From Octopus vulgaris (Eukaryota): 64,000 nucleotides of DNA. The position numbers were made by a program, and so were the translations under genes. The notes under the pieces are model-generated. The model ran no database searches. It saw only the letters and a program-made list of their open reading frames with translations, and was not told the origin of the DNA. Positions 48,683 to 60,881 of this stretch are shown piece after piece. The stretch covers positions 9,176,001-9,240,000 of the forward strand of contig OX597817.1 in assembly GCA_951406725.2 (NCBI GenBank), written 5' to 3'. Numbering within the stretch: position 1 is the stretch's first letter; each line of letters starts with the position of its first letter.

Positions 48683-49280
48683 AGTTAGTTAGTTAGTTAG
48701 TTAATTTTTTGGCTCAAAAAGGCAAAAAGCAAGGCCATGTAGGGGGACATGGAGTTATGTACAGGGTGGTGTTCATGTAAAGAGTTCAGGCCACTTGTGG
48801 TCAAGGGAGACTTTGAACCGAGCGGTCGTCGGCATCTTCACCATCTCGTCCGGCAGCTTATTCCACGGATCCACAACCCGGACGGAGAAAGCCCCTCTCC
48901 TTCGATTGAGATGAAATCGTCGCAGATAGAGCTTTTCGGAATGACCCCGCAGCCGACGCTCTGGAGCAGGAGTGAAGAACAACTCTTTCGAGAGGTTACA
49001 CTTTCCGCTTATGATGTTGTGAGCAAGAATGAGATCACCACGGCGTCGTCGTTTTTTCTAGAGAATAAAGGTCGAGCGTCTTCAGCCTTTCTTCATAAGA
49101 CAAATTCTTGAGACCAAGAACCATGCAGGTAGCCAGCTTCTGGACTCTTTCGAGATGCTGTATGTCTTTGAGGAGATAAGGAGAAGAGGCTTGAATCCCA
49201 TACTCCAATATGGGTCTCACCAGCGTGACATAGAGCGGTAGGAATATGGCTGCTGTGAGCATTCTGAATGACTGTTGAAT
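48683..49280 (-). mobile_element. CR1-type LINE, longest (TAAC)n-family copy
   Basis: LYVTLVRPILEYG...SPYLLKDIQHLERVQKLAT...LSYEERLKTLDLYSLEK, a 1-bp shift, then RRRGDLI...RGHSEKL...WNKLP. Confidence 0.9.
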
Positions 49281-49504
49281 CAAGAACAGAATGTAAGTGT
49301 ATAAGGTGCTGAATAATTATAATATTAGCATTTTCTAACATTGATACATAATATCATTATAATGTTCAGTTTTCTTTCTGTTGAATTATAACATTACTGT
49401 AACATTCAATACAAGACAATTCTACAGAATAACCCTATTTGTAATGGATAAAACAAACTGAAGAATTCTGTTCCATTGCAGCATTATCGTAATCTTTAAC
49501 ACAT

Positions 49505-49914
49505 GTCATGCCGGTGGCACATAAAAAGCACCATCCGACCGTGGCCATTTGCCTGCCCCATCTGGCACCTGTGCTGGTGGCACGTAAAAAGCACCATGTG
49601 GCCGTTTGCCAGCCCCGTCTGGCACCTGTGCCGGTGGCACGTAAAAAGCACCATCCGACCGTGGCCGTTTGCCAGCCCCGTCTGGCCCCTGTGCCGGTGG
49701 CACGTAAAAGGCACCATCCGACTGTGGCCGTTTGCCAGCCCCGTAAAAAGCACCCACTACACTCATGGAGTGGTTGGCGTTAGGAAGGGTATCCAGCCGT
49801 AGAAACATTGCCAGATCAGACTGGGCCTGGTGCAGCTTTCTGGCTTCCTAGACCCCAGTTGAACCGTCCAACCCATGCTAGCATGGAAAACGGACGCTAA
49901 ATGATGATGATGAT
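49505..49914 (+). mobile_element. RTE 3' UTR copy (4 full units and 1 partial)
   Basis: Units and (gat)n tail. Confidence 0.85.
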
Positions 49915-50114
49915 TACACATGGTAAACATCAAAATCTTCATGAAGTTTAATAGTCTTTGATTACTTGATGAGTTGCACCTTTAATATTTTATTACATCA
50001 ACAAATCGCTGCATAAATTATGATTATTAAGTGTTTGGTTTTAGATGCCACATAAAATGAAGTATTTTTTTGGTAGTTTTGAATTATGGCAGAATCTATT
50101 TTTTGTTCTTTCAG

Positions 50115-50514
50115 GTTCAGCTTTGTATTTCTGTTCTAAACCAATTAATTGTAGAAGGTAGCAAAATATCTACTCTGTCCATCCCAAAGGCTTCTAGCCA
50201 GAAAGTGACCACTGCCGCAGAAATGGCTGCTAGTAAACCTAATCAGAAAGATCTCACCAATCAACAAAACCCATCTGTATTCTCTCATAGCCACACCCAT
50301 GCTCAAACATACAGCACCAGCATATCAAACGATGCGGATGTCACTGGTTTTACAGAGACATCCGGAGAGTTTTCCCGAGAGGCCACACCTATTCGGGATC
50401 AGGAAATGGAGGATGACTCCTATGCAGAGGGAGTGAAATTGTCTCTCTGGTTACAGTGGACGTGTCCTAGCTGTGAAATAAAATTCTATGGCACAGATAC
50501 TGTTAAAGAAGAAG
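50115..50514 (+). CDS. VPS13B: VPS13B exon 16
   Basis: tttcag|GTT...GAA G|gtaaga; phase 0 to 1; KLSLWLQWTCP motif. Confidence 0.9.
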
Positions 50515-51889
50515 GTAAGAAATATACTTTCAATTTCTGTATATAAAGGAATTACTTATGTGTCTTATTTCTGCATATGTGTATGTCAGGCATGTGTTGT
50601 CAGTAATTACTCAGGGTAGGCAGTCGGTGACCTTTATGTAGTAAAACACACAAAAAATAAATGCTAACACAGGTGCATGACTGAGTTGTAGCCAGATTTA
50701 CTTCTGCCTTTGTAGCACATAAAAAATGCGTTGTTGTAGGAATGTACATGGTACATGTACTACAGCAGTATTATGCATAGCTTAAATTGAAAAGCAGGGA
50801 CGAATTATACCTACCTAATCTATAAAAAAATTTTAATATTTTGCATTTTATACATAGTAATCAGAGTAACCTCCATGATTTTATTGAATTAGGTGCAGAT
50901 TTTGCCATGGATGGAAAATATTGCTATCGATTTATTTTATCCAAGGTAGGCACTGCCTACCTTTCCTACCTAGATGGTGCATCCCTGGTGTATGTGTTTC
51001 TATGATTATTGAACTTCATGACAAATGCAGTGTTTAAAATATATATTGCTGTATGAAAGCAGTTCTGGTCAATATAAAAAATAGTATGAAAAATAATATT
51101 GTGGCTGGGGCATTGATTTGCTCAGGGGCCCATAAATCTGTTGAGATGGTCCTGGTGCCTCTGTCTTTTTTGAAAGCTAATACAAATAATACTAATACAG
51201 ATGCAGCACGGATTTTTGTCAGTGAACAGGTCGCGGATTTTAGCGACGAAAATATTTTGACAAATTAAACTTAAATGTTGAAGTGAATCGAATGGCTTTT
51301 GTGTGTTTCTTAAATGGCTTATAAACACCTTCCACGCTGCAATTGTAATACAAATACATGACAATTAAATAGCAGTTAAGAATACTGAAGCTGTGTAAAA
51401 TGCCATGAGGTACTTTGAGTTCATTAGAGGCTTAAGAAATATATAAATGTAATAAAGATGAAATGGCTGTATGATTAATTTGATGAACTTATGCTCCACA
51501 TTGTCATAAGTTTAAGTTTCACTTATTAATTTTAATGTGTTGTTTCCCCAGTAAAGTGCTTAACTCTACTTGCTTAACTCTACTTGAAATTCACTGATAA
51601 AAAGAAGAGAAAAAAGAAAATCAGTTCATTTACTCCTTCTGGTGGATGGCAATGGAAAGTGCTTTCAACTAAGCAAAAGACAGTTGTCACTTCTTTCAAT
51701 ATTTAAGGTCTACCACTTTATATATACGGATCATCATCATTGGTGATCGTGTTGACATTGGCAGTTATGTAGTGTCCATTTTCTACACTTACATCTGTCC
51801 CCTTCTCTACCATGCGTCCATTCAGCTGAGGAGGAGCGTTTGTTTGTCAAGTGACTTGATGTATATAGGAGTTGTGTCAGTGCAAATTT

Positions 51890-52700
51890 TGATCCCAGTA
51901 TCATTTAGCCCCTTAAGCAGCAGTTTAGGTGTTGTGCCACTTACACCCCTTACCACAGGAATAATTGTCATTTTAGTCTTCCACAATCACTTCATCTCTC
52001 TGACATTTCTCAGTTTTTTCAATTTCTCTGGAATCCAATTTGTTGTTATATGGTATTGCAAAGTCTGTGATCTTACACTGTTTCTTTTGTCCTCAATTAT
52101 AATATCTGGCACCGTTGCCTCAATAGTATGGACAGTCTTTGTGGAGAAGTCTCATAAAATCTTTACATTTATGAATTTGTGTAGCAAGATTCTTGATGTG
52201 AAAATGTGTGTTGAAACAGACAGTGTTACAATTCAGGATGGTAATTTTTTTTTTGCCAAATAAACACACACACTATGTATTTGTTCTTCACTCATTTATT
52301 ACTGTTCTTATTTTTACTGCTGTCCATTGACTGGAAATATTTTGTCACACCTGTGACCTCTTCAGCAACCCTTTCTGTCCACGTATATATCCTTCTGCTC
52401 CACTTAGTCTATTCTGACAGAACTTAAAAAAAAACAAAAAAAACCGACCATCCCAAATTGTAGCAATATCCCATAAAATCCTGTAATTTTTATTGTCTAT
52501 CACAGTCTTTGGTTCATGTTCATATCTCTTTCTTGTTTTTTTTTAAATCTACATGCTCAGGTAACATCCCAGTGCACTCTTTTACCTACCTTATAATCTT
52601 TTTATGCTAGGTTGCTTCATTAATTCAAGAGATTGTTAATACTTTCATCTTCTTTCCCACAGATACTGCATTTACTCTCTGACTGAGTTTAATCAACCTT
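51890..52700 (-). mobile_element. Decayed R4/Dong-type (RLE) non-LTR retrotransposon fragments
   Basis: Minus strand KCSICGKEDESI...KRVHWDV...YEHEPKTVIDNKNYRILWD (~52450-52700) and KIL*DF...PDIIIEDK...CKITDFAIP...REIEKTEK...IIPVVRG (~51900-52170). Confidence 0.65.
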
Positions 52701-52734
52701 TATTATTATTATTATTGTTATTATTATTATTATT

Positions 52735-53125
52735 AAAAGTCTGAGTTCAAATTCTACTGAGTTTGACTTTGCCTTTCATCCTTTCGGGGTCGATAAATTA
52801 AGTACCAGTTGCGTACTGGGGTCGATCTAAACGACTGGCTCCCTTCCCAAAAATGTTGGGCCTTGTGCCTAGGGTAGAAAAGATGATTGTTGTTGTTGTT
52901 GTTATTATTGAAGGTGGGGAGCTGGCAGAATTGTTGGCATGCTGGGTGAAATGTTTAGCAGCATTTCCTCCATTGTTATGTTCTGAGTTCAAATTCCACT
53001 GAGGTCGGCTTTGCCTTTCATCCTTTCGGGATCAATAAAATAAGTACCAGTTGCGTACTGGATCGATGTAATCAACTTAACCCCTCCCCCAAAATTTCAG
53101 GCCTTATACCTACAGTAGAAAAGAT
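52735..53125 (+). mobile_element. Two SINE-B-related copies
   Basis: ctgagttcaaattc...gcctttcatcctttcgggg core present twice. Confidence 0.75.
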
Positions 53126-53170
53126 TATTATTATCATCATCATCATCATCATCATTATAATTATTATTAA

Positions 53171-53246
<76 letters not shown>

Positions 53247-53280
53247 GTTTTGTTGTTATTGTTATTATTATTATTATTAA
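53124..53280. repeat. (ATT)n/(ATC)n microsatellite abutting the exon 17 acceptor
   Basis: About 155 bp of trinucleotide repeats. Confidence 0.9.
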
Positions 53281-53287
53281 TTTACAG

Positions 53288-53402
53288 AAAACCAAATAGT
53301 TTGCTTGTCAGAGGAACTGGCAATTTCCATCGATGTCCAAGAGATATACATCAAGGCCAAAGCTAACGTTGGCTCTGTCAGTATAACACAGCATTTCAGA
53401 AG
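53288..53402 (+). CDS. VPS13B: VPS13B exon 17 (absent from the ORF track)
   Basis: ttacag|AA...AGA AG|gtcagt; phase 1 to 2; EELAISIDVQEIYIKAK motif. Confidence 0.88.
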
Positions 53403-53706
53403 GTCAGTGTAAATTTCTAATTATTAAGACCTGTAACTTTATGGTTTTTCATGAGTTCTATTTATTGAGGGCAAAATTCCTAATATTTTCACCTGTATGT
53501 GTGAATATCTACAAGCTGTTGTTCATTAGCACCAGTTTAGCCAAAATCACTCAAACCTATGCTCAAAGGTGTTTCCAGCTGTAAACATCCTGGGTTTTTA
53601 GAGACAGAGCCTTTAGATGGTTCTTGATCAGCTAAAAATAGTTAGAAATAGCTGCCGAGTTTTCCTTACAAGGTCATCTTCTGTCTTTACTGTTTTGTTT
53701 ATGATA

Positions 53707-54187
53707 TCATCATCATCATCATCATCATTTAGCGTCCGCTTTCCATGCTAGCATGGGTTGGACGGTTCAACTGGGGTCTGGGAAGCCAGAAGGCTGCATC
53801 AGGGCCAGTCTGATCTGGCAGTGTTTCTACGGCTGGATGCCCTTCCTAACGCCAACCACTCCGTGAGTGTAGTGGGTGCTTTTTACGTGCCACCCGCACA
53901 GATGCCAGACGGAGCTGGCAAACGGCCACGGATGGATGGTGCTTTTTACGTGCCACTGGCACGGGGCCAGGTGAGGCTGGCAACGGCCACGGATGGATGG
54001 TGCTTTTTACGTGCCACCGGCACGAGGCCACTCGGGGCAGCGCTGGCAACGGCCACGAATGGATGGTGCTTTTTTACGTGCCACCGGCATGAGGCCAGTC
54101 TGGGCGGTGCTGGCAACAACCACATTCAGATGGTTCTTTTACGTGCCACCGGCACTGGTAACTCAGCTGCAATTTCCATTGATCGAT
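53707..54187 (-). mobile_element. RTE 3' UTR copy (5 units)
   Basis: (cat)n tail and units. Confidence 0.85.
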
Positions 54188-54497
54188 AAATGTACTGCCT
54201 TTTTTTTTCCAGTTAGTTTTGGAAATAATGAAAAATTTAGTAAAGTAACTTTGTCTGGTGTTTGGAAAATAACATGAAATTTTGAAGGAAGATTTTGATT
54301 TAGATTTCTTTCAAAGAAGAAGTTTGTATCATAACGGGGAGCAATCTTGGACAAATCATATTGAAAGAGTTAAAAATATCTTCATCTCTTTTGAATCTGG
54401 TTCATTACATGATCCTAAAGTTAACTGTATATCAACTATGGATAATAGAATTAAGTTATAATATAAATTCTTTAATTCTCTTATTATTGTGGATTAA

Positions 54498-55125
54498 CCC
54501 TTTAGAATTCAGATTACTGTCAAATGTGGCTTCTGGCTTCGACTGGCTTCTGTGCCGGTGGCACATAAAAAGCACCATCCGAACGTGGCCGATGCCAGCG
54601 CTGCCTCGACTGGCTCCAGTGCCGGTGGCACATAAAAAGCACCATCTGAACGTGGCCGATGCCAGTGCCGCCTTGGCTGACTTCCGTGCCGGTGGCACGT
54701 TAAAAACAGCAACCGATCGTGGCCGATGCTGGACTCCCCTGGCACCTGTGCAGGTGGCACGTAAAAAGCACCCTTTACACTCGTGGAGTGGTTGGCGTTA
54801 GGAAGGGCATCCAGCTGTAGAAACACTGCCAGATCAGACTGGAGCCTGGTGCAGCCCCCTGGCTTCCCAGACCCCAGTTGAACCGTCCAACCCGTGCTAG
54901 CGCGGAAAACGGACGTTAAATGATGATGATGATGATGTAATGCTTATTTATTCACATTGTTTTGAATTAATCATAGATTATCTCTGATAGCTTCAAGATT
55001 TCGATGATGTGATTATTTTAAAAATGACTTTGTAGGGTAGGTGTGAGAGATTGGATCTGGCCAGTTTGACCCTAAAACAATATAGAATATTAGGGCTAGA
55101 TATGGCTGGTTTCAATGTGAAAGGG
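54498..55125. mobile_element. P2 MITE split by an RTE 3' UTR insertion (54515-54936, plus)
   Basis: TTAA-CCCTTTAG start; MITE body resumes after the (gat)n tail and ends in AAGGG. Confidence 0.75.
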
Positions 55126-55349
55126 TTTATTTCAGTCACCTCTGTTTACTGAACTATAAACACAGAAATAGTTGATTAAAGGTAAATCTGTAGTTCTTCT
55201 ACTCCAGTTTTACTTTACTGAAGTGGATTCTGGTACTATATAGTGCACTATATCATGAGTAGATAGTAATGTGCGTCTGCTTGTTAAATATCTCTGTTCT
55301 TTATTTTGTGTCAACAGTTGGTATTGTAATGTTGTTTTGCTGAAAGATG

Positions 55350-55592
55350 GAAGCATGGAACAAACTGCCGGCATCAGTTGTTAGTTGTCGGAGCACTGCA
55401 TCGTTCAAAACTTCTATGCTTCCTGAGATTAGCCAACACTACACCTGATTTTCTCCCCTCCATACACATACAAGCATGTATCTGACTCATGCATTGTTCA
55501 CTTTCCAGACATTTGTACATTACTGCATATACTCTGACAAGTTGTGGTGTACCTGAGCACTGTTTACAATAATTTCATTATTATTATTATTA
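55350..55592 (+). mobile_element. CR1/L2-type LINE 3' end, (AAT)n family
   Basis: Reverse complement of 15540-15785. Confidence 0.85.
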
Positions 55593-55747
55593 TTTATACT
55601 TCGTTTTTGTATCCGGTTTTCAAGGTCCTTTTTGTGAATTCTTGCGTTGAAGCAAATTATGTTGTGTCTGGGGAGTATCATATCTATACTTTTTGACATT
55701 TGCAACTGTTTGGACATGGTCCCTTGACTTGTTAGATCCTGTTGAAC

Positions 55748-55920
55748 TGTCAGTATGGAAAGTGGATGAAAATGATGATACAGTACAATACTTAAACTCC
55801 ATGCCTGATATTGCCAAGCTCTCTTTGTTGTTCAGTTTGCACAAACTTTGCAGAACTGAAGTGATCACACTCTTTCTGGCACACCTAAAATGCTCCTTCA
55901 TTCACTTTTACAATACAAAT
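55748..55920 (+). pseudogene. Degenerate intronic duplicate of part of VPS13B exon 18
   Basis: DIAKLSLLF-SLHKLCRTEVITL (55807-55872) versus DIAELSLLMSSLHKLCRSGVTTL (56941-57009); flanks also align with frameshifts. Confidence 0.7.
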
Positions 55921-55928
55921 TTATATAT

Positions 55929-56353
55929 GGCAAGGAGGAGTGGCTGTGTGGTAAGTAGCTTGTTTACCAACCACGTGATTCCGGGTTCAGTCCCACTGCG
56001 TGGCACCTTGGGCAAGTGTCTTCTACTATAGCCTCGGGCCGACCAAAGCCTTGTGAGTGGATTTGGTAGACGGAAAATGAAAGAAGCCCATCGTATATAT
56101 GTATATATATATATATATATATATGCGTGTGTGTGTTTGTGTGTCTGTGTTTGTCCCCCTAGCATTGCTTGACAACCGATGCTGGTGTGTTTATGTCCCC
56201 GTAACTTAGCGGTTCGGCAAAAGAGACTGATAGAATAAGTACTGGGCTTGCAAAAGAATAAGTCCCGGGGTCGAGTTGCTTGATTAAAGGCGGTGCTCCA
56301 GCATGGCTGCAGTCAAATGACTGAAACAAGTAAAAGAGTAAAAGAGTAAAGAG
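55929..56353 (+). mobile_element. SINE family A
   Basis: Matches the family consensus. Confidence 0.85.
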
Positions 56354-56546
56354 TATATCAAAATGCATACATTATATTATGTTCAACACACTGTAGTGTG
56401 CACGCACACACACACATACACACACACACACACACACACATATCTATGTACTGTACTTGTATGTTGCAATCTATATTTGTGTATTATCTGTACATATTGT
56501 ATAAAATTTATTTTTTTCCCTTCAACAAAATGTATTTATATTTCAG

Positions 56547-57361
56547 GTCTGACAGTAATAACTGGAGAAAGGGACCTTATGAGGGTATAATACTTTCTTG
56601 TACTCCTGATTTAGTGTCAAACACCCAGATTGTTGGACCCCGTCTTTGGTCTTTATCCGACAATGGTCTTCAGACATCTACCGTCAATTTGTTTCAGTCA
56701 ACTACAGATCAACCAAGAGAGAAAAGGCATGGTTTTCTCTCATTGACATTTACGCGAGCTTTGTGTAAAAATGTCAAGAGGCGGCTTTGTAAATTAAACG
56801 TTGAACTTATTGGCCTTCATGATATCGAAGCATCGAGTTCTGGTGAAAACCTCTACTTCCATAAGTACATTTCTGAGGTATGTCTAAGTATGGAACCGTG
56901 CGATGTGGTAATTTACTTGCCAGCCATTAAGTCCGTGTTTGATATTGCCGAGCTTTCTCTGTTGATGTCAAGTTTACACAAACTTTGCAGAAGTGGAGTA
57001 ACCACGCTTACAGAGAGGGAAGCCGCCCAAAAAGCTCCTTCGTTTTCTTTCACTACAAGCAGCTTGCCGTTAATGTATGTCAATCTGTCTTGCTTGCGTA
57101 TGTTCTTTCCCAATGGTCAAAGTGGAGCTGATGCTAAAACTCAGAAAAACATGTCAAACGCAACTTTGGATCACGACATGCTATTACTTCAGTTTCATCT
57201 GTTGAGCTTATCGTCTCAAGCCGACAATCCTCTGCCTCGCTATGTAGTATGCAAACACCTCTTTGCTCATGCACTTCAAGCTGGGATCACTCACCAACCT
57301 GGATCAGCCATTGAAGATAGACAATATCAATTTGATATCAAAGGGCTTTCCCTTTCTTCTG
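56547..57361 (+). CDS. VPS13B: VPS13B exon 18 (815 nt)
   Basis: tttcag|G TCT...TCT G|gtaagt; phase 2 to 1; HGFLSLTFTRA, LPLMYVN, ADNPLPR, GITHQPGSAIEDRQYQ motifs. Confidence 0.93.
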
Positions 57362-57715
57362 GTAAGTCTTATGATTTTTTCTGAGATGACATTTATAAGA
57401 CTGGGTTTTATTAATGAAATAATGTGTTAAAAATATTACACCCAGATATTTAACTTGAGCTAATTTCTTAAAAATCAACCATATGCAATCCAAATTTAAA
57501 GAAAGAAAATTACACTATTCAAGGTTTGATCATGTTGCAATCTATCTTAGACAAGTCCCTTCTATCATAGTTTGGGTCAGCCCCAAGCCATGTGAAGAAA
57601 ATTATGTAGACAGAAATTGTGCCAAACTGTACTTGTTTTTTGGTAGTAAAAATAATACCCCACTAAGTTTAACACAACCAGCTGGATTTGGGTTGCCTTG
57701 AAAAGGGTCCACTCT

Positions 57716-58215
57716 CATCATCATCATCATCATCATCATCATCTAACGTCTGCTATCCATGCTGGCATGGGTTGGACGCTCTGACTGAGGATTGACAAAC
57801 CAGATGGCTGCACCAGGCTCTACTCTTGATCTGGCAGTGTTTCTACAGCTGGATGCCCTTCCTAACGCCAACCACTCCGTGAGTGTAGTGGGTGTTTTTT
57901 ACGCCAACCACTCCGTGAGTGTAGTGGGTGTTTTTTACGCCAACCACTCCGTGAGTGTAGTGGGTGTTTTTTACGCCAACCACTCCGTGAGTGTAGTGGG
58001 TGCTTTTTACGTGCCAGACGAGGCTGGCAGACAGCCACGATCGGATGGTGCTTTTTACGTGCCACCAGCACGGGGACCAGACATAGCTGGCAACGGCCAC
58101 GGTGAGATGGTGCTTTTTACGTGCCACCGGCACGGGGGCCAGTCGGGCGGCGCTGGCAATGGCCACGTTTGGATGGTTCTCATACGTGCCACCAGCACTG
58201 GTATCACAGTTGCAG
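57716..58215 (-). mobile_element. RTE 3' UTR copy containing a 4 x 36-bp internal tandem duplication (57865-58008)
   Basis: Unit acgccaaccactccgtgagtgtagtgggtgtttttt at 57865, 57901, 57937 and 57973. Confidence 0.88.
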
Positions 58216-58629
58216 ACATTAGGGCTAAGTATCTGGGCTCAGGATAACTCGGTACTTTGATATGCCACTTCTTTCTGCAATAACCTTATGAGCAGGAATT
58301 TCTTCCTCACCTTGTTTCTTACCAGCCTTAATGGTGCTTTAAAAGTCATTGGTGTTGTTTTCCTCTGAATAAACTGATTAAAAATTGCATTTCAATACTG
58401 GTTTTTCCTTCACTCCAACTTATCTGCCTAATCTGCACATAACCTACTGGAAATTATTAACGTGAGATTCCTATATTTTTATTGAGAATTTATGGCTGGC
58501 AGTAACAGCTAGATGGTGTTGAGGGTTATATTCCTTGTTAGTTTTCTCTTTCATTCTTAAAAGTCTCATAAAATTTATAATAATGATAAATTTTGATCTC
58601 AAAATATATAATAATGATAAATTTTGATC

Positions 58630-59976
58630 TCCGGGTATGGAAGCAAGGGTTGGAATCAAAGGGCCTTAGAATAAATGTAGCAAAGACCAAAGTATTAGTA
58701 AGCAGCAAGAGGTACTCAACACACATCCCCTCGGGTAGGTGGCCCTGCTCAACCTGTAGGAAAGGTACAGGTAGAAACTCCATAAGATGCACCCAATGTA
58801 AGTTATGGACACATAAGAGGTGCAGCAACATTAAAGGGAAATTAACAGATAAGATAGCTTACATGTGCGGCAGATGCACAGGGACAATAGACACAACAGA
58901 CACTCAGAAAACAGATTCCATCACACTCCAGGGAGAGAAACTAGAAGTAGTTGATAGTTTCCGCTACCTGGGAGACCAAGTTAGTAGCGGAGGTGGATGC
59001 ACAGAGAGTATCACCACTAGAATACGAATAGCCTGGGCAAAGTTCAGAAAGCTCCTACCCCTACTGGCAACAAAAGGCCTCTCCCTCAGAGCAAAAGGTA
59101 GATTATATGATGCATGTGTGCGAACTGCCATGCTTCACGGTAATGAAACATGGGCTGTGACTGCAGAAGACATGCGTAGACTTGAAAGAAATGAAGCTAG
59201 CATGATCCGCTGGATGTGTAGTGTCAGTGTGCACGCAAAACAGAGTGTAAGTATCCTGAGAGAAATGCTGGATATAAGAAGCATCAGATGTGGTGTGCAA
59301 GAGCGACGCTTGCGATGGTATGGTCATGTGCTGCGGATGGATGAAGAGAGATGTGTGAAGAAGTGCCACTCCCAAACAGTTGAAGGTATCAGGGGGAGAG
59401 GTAGACCCAGGAAGACATGGGATGAGGTGGTCAAGCATGACCTCAGAGCATTGGGCCTCACTGAGGCAATGGCGAAGGACCGAGATCTCTGGAGATATGC
59501 TGTGACTACAAAGACCCGGGCTGCTTTCTGCAGCAATTCCACATACCCCCTACCCATTCTAAGTACCCCCCTACCCATTCTAAGTACCCCCTACCCATTC
59601 TAAGTACCCCCTACCCATTCTAAGTACCCCGGATCCCCAAAGTACCCCGGATCCCCAAAGTACCCTGGATCCCCAAAATACCCCGATCCCCAAAGTACTC
59701 CGGACCTCGTTGCCCCCGTGCCGCTGACACGTTAAAATGCTCGAATCCGATCGTGACGATGCCGGACCCTCCGGCCCCTGTGCAGGTGGCACGTAAAAAG
59801 CACCCAATCCACTCACGGAGTGGTTGGCGTTAGGAAGGGCATCCAGCCGTAGAAACTCTGCCAGATTCAGACTGGAGCCTGGAGCGGCCCCTGGCTTCCC
59901 AGACCCGGTCAAACCGTCCAACCCGTGCTAGCGCGGAAAGCGGACGTTAAACGATGATGATGATGATGATGATGAT
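58630..59976 (+). mobile_element. 5'-truncated RTE LINE: uninterrupted ORF2 C-terminus, 3' UTR and (GAT)n tail
   Basis: GLRINVAKTKVL, PHD-like zinc finger, VDSFRYLG, RIRIAWAKF, RRLRWYGHVLRM, RGRGRPRKTW, DRDLWR; followed by the same 3' terminus as the ~20 short copies. Confidence 0.92.
59544..59700. repeat. Minisatellite: 20-bp units (taccccctacccattctaag) then 18-bp units (taccccggatccccaaag)
   Basis: About 4 units of each type, read directly. Confidence 0.9.
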
Positions 59977-59977
59977 G

Positions 59978-60315
59978 TGTCCAACACACGTGGACATGCC
60001 TACAAAGTCAGAAAACAGCACAGCTCCCATGACTTTCGGAAACATTTTTTCACACTGAGAGTTGCTGAAGCATGGAACAAATTGCCTGCGTCAGTTGTTG
60101 ACTGCCATGACACTGCATCCTTTAAGGCCCTCATGCTTTCCGAAATCCGCTGAAACTACACCTGATTGTCCCCCTTCCATACGCATACACATATGTGTAT
60201 GTCATGACTCATGCACTGTTCTTTTCCTGACGCTTGTACATTACCCTATGTACTATACATACACTTTAGATGAGTTGTAGTGCACCTGAGCACTGTACAC
60301 AATGTTTTATTATTA
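59978..60315 (+). mobile_element. CR1/L2-type LINE 3' end, (AAT)n family
   Basis: TRGHAYKVRKQHSSHDFRKHFFTLRVAEAWNKLP. Confidence 0.85.
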
Positions 60316-60690
60316 TGACTTTTGTAATTAAGAAGAAAAAGAAAATCATAAACAATTCATGACGTGATTATATTTAACTTCAATTCCTTTATTTTCAAAC
60401 ACTTCCAAAACTATTTTATCTTTATTTATGTGATTCATTCATTCCTTGTACAAACCGCTTCAAGGGTAGCAGCATTCTCCTTGTCTATAATTCAATAATT
60501 TGTTCTTGCTTGAAGATATTTTAGAGTTTTAACAAAAACTTATAGATTACAGCTCAATGGTAAATGATGACTAGAATTAAGGGATATTTAGTCTGTTCTT
60601 TTACTCCTTTAATTAATTTGAATTGTAATAGTTAACTGTTATGGTTCAAATTAATGAGATAATGAAAATCTATTCTTTTCTTTTGTATAG

Positions 60691-60805
60691 GGCGTTGGCA
60701 AGATTTTGTCAAAAAGAATTCCAAAAGCACTGGATTTCCTGAGACAGTCTCTCCTACTGTTCAAATCCCAGCACTTGAATGGAACACACTTCAATACCCA
60801 AACCA
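60691..60805 (+). CDS. VPS13B: VPS13B exon 19 (absent from the ORF track)
   Basis: gtatag|GG...AAC CA|gtaagt; phase 1 to 2; Q.PALEWN motif. Confidence 0.9.
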
Positions 60806-60881
60806 GTAAGTTATAATGACTTTTTGTACTTATGCCCTTGTTAATCAGTAAAATGTTGGACAAAGTGACTTTTGATATTAA

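Noticed and set aside
50605-51390. Possible hAT-like MITE remnants (cagg...cctg ends)
   Set aside because: Ends too decayed to define TIRs or a target duplication
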